Below are positions 10,004 to 17,952 of a stretch of 32,774 nt of DNA, piece by piece. The translations under genes and the position numbers were made by a program. Position 1 is the first letter of the stretch. Every line of letters begins with the position of its first letter. Source of the DNA: Nitrososphaeraceae archaeon (GTDB lineage: Archaea; Thermoproteota; Nitrososphaeria; Nitrososphaerales; Nitrososphaeraceae); assembly GCA_025936955.1 (NCBI GenBank), contig JAICSL010000001.1, forward strand, positions 1 to 32,774. Reading direction: 5' to 3'. The notes below the pieces were generated by a model, which saw nothing but the letters and a program-made list of their open reading frames with translations, ran no database searches and was not told where the DNA came from.

Positions 10004-10303
10004 TTGAGCAATAACAAACAATTTCTTGGTCAGCAATTGCTTTGGCTTAGTATATCACTAGGAATTAGCCTTGCTATCTCTATGTTACTCCCGTTTCCTA
10101 TCTCGCTAGTCGTCATAATTGGTGTTTTCATTCTGATTAACTTCTTTATGAGAAAGAGAGTCATTAACAAAATGAGTGGAATGGGTATGGGGTCTGGTAC
10201 CATATTCGGAGATAATACACTAAAATTTTATTGTATGAGTTGTGGAACCAGACATAAGGAATCTGCTTGTCCCAAGTGCGGTTCGAAGATGAAGAGACTC
10301 TGA
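10004..10303 (+). CDS. Small two-TM membrane protein with C-terminal zinc ribbon
   Basis: Two hydrophobic helices followed by YCMSCG...CPKCGSKMK. Confidence 0.8.
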   Translation: MSNNKQFLGQQLLWLSISLGISLAISMLLPFPISLVVIIGVFILINFFMRKRVINKMSGMGMGSGTIFGDNTLKFYCMSCGTRHKESACPKCGSKMKRL

Positions 10304-10663
10304 AGTTAAATAGACTAAGTTTAAAACAGAAAGTACCTCGGTTTAGACGTTTTTCGGTTTATAAAGGATTGCTGCCAATATTCTTAATTTAACGCTAAAT
10401 TAATGCCTTGTTGATATTATCTTAATATTTGTTGTATACTATGTAAGGTTCTTGAGTAAATATTAATAAATATTAAAATAATTTATAGGTGAGAAGGGCT
10501 ATTTTAATTACTGGGACATAATGATGAGAAGAACTATATTATATTCCCTTTAACTCGTATTCATCATCGGATTGATTGTTTGAAGCCTGGACATATCTCT
10601 TGATGGCGATCCTATTAGATTTTGACTCCTTACCACCTGGTAGACTGTGCCACTATTTAACAT

Positions 10664-12484
10664 TCACAAATTCTGGTTTTCATCGAGATAAAAGATCGAC
10701 TCATTTCTTTCCATGTTCGAACCAGATAAAAGTTGCAATATCGAGTTAGATAGGTGTTCCGGTTTAGGCTTATGACCGTCAATATTACCAGGAAGAAGTA
10801 GGTAGAGTCTGATCTTGGAACCCAAGACGTCACGGAGTTCTTGGTTTACTGTTGCAGTGTATGGTCGCAAAGCTCCTCTAAAGATCTCAGATCGTGCTCT
10901 AATTAGACCAGAGATTTTTTTGCCGGTCGGGGCCTCAGGACCGATAATCATTACTATTCCCTCAGAGCCTTTAAACTTTGAAGGCTCTTCGATCGAACCA
11001 GCTGGAGCCATTGCATTTACAGATTCCTTAGTTATCAGTGAGGGAATATTCACGAAATTATCCACTAGATCATCCCACGCATTTCTGGAAAGAGATTGTA
11101 AGGAAATATTATAATCGTAATCTCCTGTGAGATAAATTACCGCGTCTAACCTTCCCAAGTCTCCTTTTATTTTTCTCAATATTTCTCTCACATTACTTTC
11201 ATCAGCAAGATTAACAAACTGAATTTTTTGATCCTCTAATTTAGTTACGTTTGCTTGTTTGCTCGTTAGTACTACGACCTGCTTTCCATTCAAAGTATTA
11301 ATTGCTTTTGAAATCTCATTTATTTTATCCCGATCTCTTTCCGATGATGTATTGAGTACTATCACTACAACTTTTCCTTTTATGTTATTAGAGGGAACAT
11401 ACTTCTCGAAAGGAGACGTGGCTACAAAAGGCTTAACTGGATAAAATAGCCTATCGTTAGGAATGATCCTCCCATTGATCAATCTACTGATTTTGTCATC
11501 ACATATGTTTGCAACCATAGTCGCTACCTCTTCTTGAGTTAGGAATTCTCCATCAACTATCATCTTACTTGTATTATTTTGGATCTTCTCTGCTATTTCT
11601 TGTATAGTTAACAGCATATCGGAAGTAATTTTCCTGTAATTTTCATCTTCAGAGATAGTTGTAGAATTATCAAACCCTGCAATTTCCCTTGCAATCTCAT
11701 TTATAGCAATAGTTATTAATTGTTGATCTTCACCTAAAAGCGGTAATAACTTAGCGGCTGCTATCTCAATTTGTTTGGAAGTAAGACCCTGATAGCCTCC
11801 AATTCTTAAGAATTCTGCTGCTGCCTTAGGATATACAGTTTTGTAGATTCTGTCCGAGTGGACTGGACCGGGATTGATGCATATGGATCGGATTCCTTTA
11901 GATGTCAACTCCCATGCTAATGCTTCTGAAAGTCTGTTCTTTGCTCCTTGCGCGGCAGTATACGGTGTTCTAAATCTGTATGGTCTCTGTTCAAAACGAT
12001 TTTCCTCTGTAAAAAAAGTAGAAATTGTAACAATTTTTCCACCTGACTTCAAAATCTCTAAACTGCGAATAGAGGTCCAAAAAGCACCTGTAAGATGAAT
12101 TGCTACACAATCTTTGAATTCTTCGAAGTTAGCATTCGTAAACGATTTTACCGGTCCTGAAATACCAGCATTATTGATAACGATATCGATTTTGCCAAAC
12201 TCCTCCTTGATAAGTTTAAACATTTCGTTTACGCCTTTTTCATCTGCTACATCGACTCCTGGGAACTCTCTCACTTTCGATGACATCCCTCTTTCATCAA
12301 TTATCTCGTTCAGTATCTTTGAGGTTTGTTCTAAAGGCTCCTTTCTCCTCCCCATTATAATAATCGTCGCTCCTTTTTCTACAAATAGTTTAGCAATTGC
12401 CTGGCCAATACCAGGTCCACTGCCTGTAATAACCACAATCTTGTTATCGAAATTGAGAGAATCGCGGAATGTTCCTGGTTCCAT
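10664..12484 (-). CDS. Tandem SDR-family oxidoreductase, resembling the malonyl-CoA reductase C-terminal half
   Basis: TGSGPGIG Rossmann motif, GRR (NADP preference), NNAG, STFF, YRFRTPYTAAQ, NPGPVHSDRI, an insert of about 85 aa, then a second degenerate Rossmann domain (KGKVVVIV...GRLDAVIYLTG). Confidence 0.85.
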   Translation of the reverse strand: MEPGTFRDSLNFDNKIVVITGSGPGIGQAIAKLFVEKGATIIIMGRRKEPLEQTSKILNEIIDERGMSSKVREFPGVDVADEKGVNEMFKLIKEEFGKIDIVINNAGISGPVKSFTNANFEEFKDCVAIHLTGAFWTSIRSLEILKSGGKIVTISTFFTEENRFEQRPYRFRTPYTAAQGAKNRLSEALAWELTSKGIRSICINPGPVHSDRIYKTVYPKAAAEFLRIGGYQGLTSKQIEIAAAKLLPLLGEDQQLITIAINEIAREIAGFDNSTTISEDENYRKITSDMLLTIQEIAEKIQNNTSKMIVDGEFLTQEEVATMVANICDDKISRLINGRIIPNDRLFYPVKPFVATSPFEKYVPSNNIKGKVVVIVLNTSSERDRDKINEISKAINTLNGKQVVVLTSKQANVTKLEDQKIQFVNLADESNVREILRKIKGDLGRLDAVIYLTGDYDYNISLQSLSRNAWDDLVDNFVNIPSLITKESVNAMAPAGSIEEPSKFKGSEGIVMIIGPEAPTGKKISGLIRARSEIFRGALRPYTATVNQELRDVLGSKIRLYLLLPGNIDGHKPKPEHLSNSILQLLSGSNMERNESIFYLDENQNL

Positions 12485-12699
12485 GGACTTGGCACCATAT
12501 TATGATTATTAAAGATACCCAAAGTGTATGCTGTGGCCAGCAATATTTATTTGTGCCATGTTTCGTACGGTGATACATTCGAGTTCAGCGACGTCAATTG
12601 ATTATTCATTCATCTTGTATTGGCGATACCTGAAATTTATCTGCTTCATTACCGTATTGTACCAACAACTTAATTAGAAGCTAATCTCGAATATCATCG

Positions 12700-13389
12700 T
12701 TGAACAATTTGCCTGCAAAGTTTAAAATTAATGTCAGAGAAGGTGTATTGGAGCTTGAGGGAGAAGAGAATTTTGTAAACAAACATTTGGAAAAATTTGA
12801 AGATATATTTAAATATGCAATAAAAGAGGTCATGAAAAAAGAATTTGAAAACAGTTTCCCCTCGAATAAATCTTCTGCAATTGTGACGTCTTCGGATATA
12901 GAAAAAAGGTTCTATCAAAAAGACTCGCCTCCCATGGTGAGTAAGAGCCGCAGTAATTCTAAACAAGCTAAAACATCTGTAACACTTCCTCCAATACCTG
13001 TTGATCTAAAATCAAATGTTAACAAAATAGGTCTACGAGAGTTCTTTGCAACCAAAAAGCCATCTAATCATTATGAAAAAGCTACCTTGTTCGTATATTA
13101 TTTAACGAAGTTCAACAAAGAAGTTGAAGTGAAATTCGGCGAGATTCTTTCTTGTTACGAAGAAGTTGAGGAGAAAAAACCGAGTATAATTGATATAATC
13201 AAGAACTCCATCAGATATAAAGGCTGGTTAGAGCAAGGCACTGATAAATTCACCACTAGGTTGACAATTTCCGGAGAGAACTTTGTAAAATTTGATTTGC
13301 CTCAAATTAAAAATATGGCCGGACATCAGTTAACTATACCATCGTCGACTACGTCAGACACCACAACATCCATCATAGGCACAGTCTAG
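12700..13389 (+). CDS. Hypothetical protein, probable C-terminal winged-helix domain
   Basis: 229 aa. Short N-terminal domain (KFKINVREGVLELEGEENFV), S/K/P-rich linker, and C-terminal LREFF..KKP.NHYEK...FVYYL...GWL....RLTISGENFV. Confidence 0.7.
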   Translation: MNNLPAKFKINVREGVLELEGEENFVNKHLEKFEDIFKYAIKEVMKKEFENSFPSNKSSAIVTSSDIEKRFYQKDSPPMVSKSRSNSKQAKTSVTLPPIPVDLKSNVNKIGLREFFATKKPSNHYEKATLFVYYLTKFNKEVEVKFGEILSCYEEVEEKKPSIIDIIKNSIRYKGWLEQGTDKFTTRLTISGENFVKFDLPQIKNMAGHQLTIPSSTTSDTTTSIIGTV

Positions 13390-13402
13390 ATATGATTTAT
13401 AG

Positions 13403-13954
13403 TTATGCTCGCCACCAATCAAACCCTATAAATTCAACCTTCTTTTGTTTAATCTTCGGTACTGCTATTATGAATTGTTTTTTTACAGTTGTTGCTAATC
13501 GTCCGGCCAGCACGATCCCTGTCGCTGTTAGCAAACTAGATGGTCTGTATACCTGGACTAAGAAAGGTGCATGATCTATTCCTGGGCCATGCTCATAAAC
13601 AGCAAAATCGCATCCGAACTTAATTCCGGGTGTCACTACATATCCCTTTTCTCTCAGAGAACAAAAGACTAGATACTTTGAATCAAAATCAGCGAATTCT
13701 TTTCTACAAATGACTTTGATATCTCTCAATGATAAAATAGTGCCGTCGTTACGACAAACTTTTAATTTACCGATCTGGATAAGATAGCAGCCTTCGATAA
13801 GGTCTAATATTAGCGGAGAATCGAAAAGGTTTGTCTTGGGCTTATGAATACCAAGAGGTTTTCCATAATACCCTGTTCCAAAAAGGGTCCTAGACTGCTC
13901 TATATCTGGGATGACTATTCGATTATCTACTAGCTCTCCATTAAATTGCGTCAT
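13403..13954 (-). CDS. endA: tRNA-splicing (intron) endonuclease, catalytic subunit
   Basis: LREKGYVVTPGIKFGCDFAVY..GPGIDHAPFLV...GRLATTVKK carries the Tyr/His/Lys triad. The ATG at 13954 overlaps the DUF47 stop (TGATG). Confidence 0.95.
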   Translation of the reverse strand: MTQFNGELVDNRIVIPDIEQSRTLFGTGYYGKPLGIHKPKTNLFDSPLILDLIEGCYLIQIGKLKVCRNDGTILSLRDIKVICRKEFADFDSKYLVFCSLREKGYVVTPGIKFGCDFAVYEHGPGIDHAPFLVQVYRPSSLLTATGIVLAGRLATTVKKQFIIAVPKIKQKKVEFIGFDWWRA

Positions 13955-14607
13955 CACATACTCAATGCTAGAATGGTGAAGGAATCTGATGCTTCTTGGC
14001 ATTTGTCTGCCATACCTTCAATACCTTCTACAGCATCTTTTAAAAGCAATACGTCTTTAATTGCTGACACCTCATTCAGAGCTTTAACAATGACCGATCT
14101 GTATTTCTTATCTATCTCTCTTTCTAACCGTTGAACTTCTTGCGCAAGTTCGATAGTACTTGCTGGATTAATGCTTAATGCTCGCGCCATTTCATTTAAT
14201 TTAAAGATAGAGTCTACGACCATTCCTATTAGTTGTTCTAGTTCATCATCAAAACCTGCTTTTTTTAAGGAAGATATTTTTATGTTTGCAAGTCTAAATG
14301 CGATGCCACTAATATATCCCGCGATGTCATCCATTATGTAAGCGGTCCTCAAAATGTCTTCCCTGTAAATCATCAAGCTTCCTATTTCCGCTACCTCCCG
14401 CGTAATTTTTCTCCTAAGATTTTCAACCTCCTCCTCCGCATTTCTCATGCGTTCTAAACATGCCTGAGCCTCTTTGTCATCTCCTTTGATAAGTGATACG
14501 GTTAATATTGATAAATCCCTAGCAGAATTAAGGATCCTATTAATTTCATCATGTAAAACCGCCAAAGCTTTACGCTTAGCCTGAACTTCTAACTCTCCGC
14601 TATACAC
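13954..14607 (-). CDS. DUF47 / PhoU-like protein
   Basis: All-helical duplicated pattern: EEEVENLRR..., REDIL.....MDDIA, LEREIDKKYR, EGMADKCQEASD. Confidence 0.85.
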   Translation of the reverse strand: MYSGELEVQAKRKALAVLHDEINRILNSARDLSILTVSLIKGDDKEAQACLERMRNAEEEVENLRRKITREVAEIGSLMIYREDILRTAYIMDDIAGYISGIAFRLANIKISSLKKAGFDDELEQLIGMVVDSIFKLNEMARALSINPASTIELAQEVQRLEREIDKKYRSVIVKALNEVSAIKDVLLLKDAVEGIEGMADKCQEASDSFTILALSM

Positions 14608-14734
14608 TTTTCATAAAATAACCCGACAGGGTAATAATTCTTTTGATATATATTATTTTATTGCTATGCTCATAAATTGACGCGTTACCGATACCCTCTA
14701 AAGTAGACGATTACAATTATTTGTTCTCGATTAA

Positions 14735-15772
14735 CTAGAAAATTAAACTTCTAATAGTCTGTTTTTCAGTAAGTGTATCTTTTATTTCTATCAAGTCTCT
14801 TAGGATTGCACTGGCTGTTTCAATTCCGCCTGCGCCTCGTCCAATTATTGTTTGTTGACCAGAATGCTCCGATGTAAAGGTTACCGCATTTAAGGTACCG
14901 TTAACACATATCGGATCTATTTTTGATACATACGTGGGTTTGACGTCCAAGGAATTTTTATTACATTTAGCAATTAGCTTTATAGCCTTTCCCTCTTTTT
15001 GTGCTAGTTGCATATCTGAAAGCTTGACTTTACTAATCCCAGACCTATTAACATCTTTGATTGTAACTTTCATGCCCATGATCCAGTTGGCCATAATAGC
15101 AAGTTTCGCCGCCGCATCAAATCCATCAACATCAAGTGAAGGAGACTTTTCGGCATAGCCTTTATTTTTTGCGTCAATTAAAGCATCTTGAAAGTTGAGT
15201 CCATCCTCCATTTTAGTCAAAATATAATTAGTTGTTCCATTCAAAATCCCTCTAAATGAAACAATTCTATCTCCTCTCAAACACCGCTTAGCAAATTCTA
15301 AGATCGATGTTCCTCCGCCAACTGTTCCGCTAAATCGAAGGTTCACATTGTTGAATCTTGCCAGTTCTATCAAGGAAGGAAAAGCCAGTGCAAGAGGACC
15401 TTTGTTTACCGTAATAACATTCTTCCCACATTTCATTGCGGTAGTTATATGCAAAATTCCTGGCTCTCCGTCCTTCAAATTGGTGGGTGTTAGTTCAATC
15501 AATACTTCTGCACCAACATTCTCAATTATGTGGATTGAATCAAACTTATCCTTCCTTGCTTGATAAGATGCAACGGTTCCCTTGGTTCGTTTTACGTCGA
15601 GCAATCTATTAAGATCAAGCCCTTGAGGAGAAAGAGCACTTCCTCCGTTATCAATACAAGCAACCACCCTCGGCTTTATTCCATATAAATTGTACAAATC
15701 TGCAGTACGAGATAATAAAAGTTTAGCAAAGCTCTGCCCAACAACTCCAAAGCCAATTAGAATCAGTCGCAA
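14735..15772 (-). CDS. hom: Homoserine dehydrogenase
   Basis: LIGFGVVG, VITVNKGPLA, GTVGGG, GILNGTTNYIL, GYAE..PSLDVDGFDAAAK, GRGAGGIETASA. Confidence 0.96.
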   Translation of the reverse strand: MRLILIGFGVVGQSFAKLLLSRTADLYNLYGIKPRVVACIDNGGSALSPQGLDLNRLLDVKRTKGTVASYQARKDKFDSIHIIENVGAEVLIELTPTNLKDGEPGILHITTAMKCGKNVITVNKGPLALAFPSLIELARFNNVNLRFSGTVGGGTSILEFAKRCLRGDRIVSFRGILNGTTNYILTKMEDGLNFQDALIDAKNKGYAEKSPSLDVDGFDAAAKLAIMANWIMGMKVTIKDVNRSGISKVKLSDMQLAQKEGKAIKLIAKCNKNSLDVKPTYVSKIDPICVNGTLNAVTFTSEHSGQQTIIGRGAGGIETASAILRDLIEIKDTLTEKQTIRSLIF

Positions 15773-15908
15773 GTGAATCTAACGTGTCTAAAGGGTTTAA
15801 TATACCTAAATCATATTTAATACACTTTGCATACCAACGAATGAATAATTGGGAATAGTATAATACCAAAGATTTATCGTATCGAAATAAACATCATTAA
15901 AATGGAAA

Positions 15909-16688
15909 ATGTTTGCCTTTGAAGCCACCGTCATAATATTATTGATAGGAATGGCAGCTGGTACCATCGGTTCCATTATAGGAATAGGGGGCGGGATAGT
16001 CATTGCTCCTGTTCTAACATTAGTAGGTTTGACTCCATCCCAGATTGCTAGCACAAGTTTAATTGCAGTCACTTCTACCAGCATTTCATCCGTAATTGAA
16101 TATACGAGGCAGAAGAGAATCAAATATACAATAGGCTTAAAAATGGCATGTTTTTCAGTACCGGGTGCTGTTATCGGAGCTTTTATATCGAGTGAAATTT
16201 CACCATCAGTTTTCAGGGCATACTTTGCTTTGCTATTAGCTATAGCAAGTATTTATATCTATTATAAAAATTCGATAGTCAGCAAGAAAAAAAACAAAAA
16301 AACTAAACCGATAATTCTCTATTTGTTATTTTACTTAGGCGCCGCTTCAGCAGGAATTGTATCTAGTTTGTTTGGTATTGGAGGAGGAATTGTGTTTGTT
16401 CCTATGTTAGTGATACTATTTGAAATGGGAATGGCATACGCTGCTCCAACTTCTCAATTAACACTATTAATAACTTCTATAAGTGGGGTCATTAGTCATC
16501 TAATTATCTCCCAACCAGATTACAACTTTGCAGTGGTATTGGCTATCGGTAGTTTTGTAGGAGGCCAAATTGGTGCTAGGTTCTCAAGTCGCCTACAGGA
16601 AAATGTGCTTAATAAATTACTTTCCCTTTCCCTAATAATTGTAGCCATAAAATTCGTTTTCGATTATTTATATCATGAGTTTCCTTAA
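15909..16688 (+). CDS. TauE/SafE (TSUP) family sulfite exporter / permease
   Basis: Duplicated G.GGG..VP.L motifs (GIGGGIVIAPVL; GIGGGIVFVPML); about 8 TMs. Confidence 0.92.
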   Translation: MFAFEATVIILLIGMAAGTIGSIIGIGGGIVIAPVLTLVGLTPSQIASTSLIAVTSTSISSVIEYTRQKRIKYTIGLKMACFSVPGAVIGAFISSEISPSVFRAYFALLLAIASIYIYYKNSIVSKKKNKKTKPIILYLLFYLGAASAGIVSSLFGIGGGIVFVPMLVILFEMGMAYAAPTSQLTLLITSISGVISHLIISQPDYNFAVVLAIGSFVGGQIGARFSSRLQENVLNKLLSLSLIIVAIKFVFDYLYHEFP

Positions 16689-17025
16689 AATTCCAAATTT
16701 GGTATTTGTCAGACAATCAGTACACCAAACGGTGAATTATGCATGATACTTTGCTTATTCTTAGTCGTCTAATCAATAGTTCGAGTCTTGGAACCCCAAC
16801 AATTTACCGTAGCCTAGTGGAATAGGTCCTAATTCTACAATTGTCACTTGATGTTCTTCCATGTCGACTATCCATTAAAATGAGATGACACATATATATT
16901 GTCAAATTAACTTTATAGCAGATAAATGTACAATTTTATTTGTTTAAAAGAATGTGATGTTTCTTTATATTTCGAATGCATTCTAAAGAAAACAGTTAAA
17001 ATATGAAATACTATCCAATGATATA

Positions 17026-17361
17026 GTGTTAAGGGAAATAGCATCTCACATTATACTGACCCACTTAATGAACAACCAACCTTCTGAGAAAAATACTAAT
17101 GAAGAGAAGTCGTACGTAAACATTAATCAGATAAAGATGTGGATTATACCACAAAAGACTGAGTACGACGATAAATTCGATATTAACGTAAGCTATTTTG
17201 AAACTCTGATACAACGAGCACTCGACGAGATGTTAATTAACGGCTATATACAGTTTTCATTGAATGATTCGACAGAAGAAGGAGATGGACGAGTTTTTTC
17301 ACTTACGGAGAAAGGAATAATGTACGTACAAGAGAACATATTGAACACTTCCAACGAATGA
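17026..17361 (+). CDS. Hypothetical protein, probable winged helix (PadR/MarR-like wing)
   Basis: ALDEMLINGYI.......GRVFSLTEKG..YV. Confidence 0.6.
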   Translation: MLREIASHIILTHLMNNQPSEKNTNEEKSYVNINQIKMWIIPQKTEYDDKFDINVSYFETLIQRALDEMLINGYIQFSLNDSTEEGDGRVFSLTEKGIMYVQENILNTSNE

Positions 17362-17452
17362 TGGCAAATACATAAAACATCATGGCGACAAAAACATTGA
17401 AAAAGATCTACTCGTTATGTATTCGTTAATTACATAGGTGGCTTTACCTGTT

Positions 17453-17742
17453 ATGGTGTCGATCAAAAAGGAATCAAAACAAATGCAAGATATTGATCGG
17501 TTTTCAAGATCTATATCTGCGTTAGAAGGCCTATCAATGAATAATGATATTCAAAGAAACATCAAAAAGAGTGTAAAAGATGTTCTCATTACACTCAAGA
17601 TAAAATAGGAGATAGTATTTCCTTCAAGACAGCAAATGCTATAAGAATGTTATATCCACTTACGCAAAATCCCCACATGCAATCGCATATTAGGGCTAAT
17701 ATTTGGGAGGAATTATAGATAGTAGAGAATACAAGAGAATAA
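17453..17742 (+). pseudogene. UPF0147 family pseudogene (frameshift plus internal stop)
   Basis: Frame A from ATG 17453: MVSIKKESKQMQDIDRFSRSISALEGLSMNNDIQRNIKKSVKDVLITL. After a shift near 17595, frame B: QDKIGDSISFKTANAIRMLYPLTQNPHMQSHIRANIWEEL*(17716)IVENTRE*. This matches the UPF0147 pattern PRNI+K...S..+RAANAIS.L....QDPNMP.+.R..IW.....LE.I+E. Confidence 0.75.
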
Positions 17743-17751
17743 ATTCCAATA

Positions 17752-17892
17752 TTATCCAACTCCGTTATTTTTGACAGGTTTTAATGGAGGAAGTTTTTCA
17801 AGTTTGTGAGTAGGATTAGCAAGATAATGTCTCGATGCTCCTTCTCCACTTAGCACAATATTACAATTAATACATCTGTATCTTATAGCCAA
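17752..17892 (-). CDS. Putative 46-aa C2H2-type zinc-finger microprotein (below the ORF-track cutoff)
   Basis: TTG 17892 to TAA 17752: MAIRYRCINCNIVLSGEGASRHYLANPTHKLEKLPPLKPVKNNGVG*; Y-x-C-x2-C-x11-H-x6-H. Confidence 0.6.
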   Translation of the reverse strand: MAIRYRCINCNIVLSGEGASRHYLANPTHKLEKLPPLKPVKNNGVG

Positions 17893-17952
17893 TTCTTAAC
17901 CACAAAATTATAATCTATACATGGCTAAAAAGGATATGGAAACAATTTGGGG

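Noticed and set aside
10521..10567. ATGATGA...TCATCAT inverted repeat / C-box-like motif
   Set aside because: No CTGA D box at a suitable distance on either strand, so not supportable as a C/D sRNA.
16779..16845. tRNA-like fragments in permuted order: GTTCGAGTC (T-loop-like), then CGTAGCCTAGTGGAATAGGT (D-arm-like)
   Set aside because: The T stem pairs only 2 bp, there is no acceptor-stem complementarity and no 7-nt anticodon loop. At most a decayed remnant or chance; tRNAscan-SE/SPLITS would settle it.
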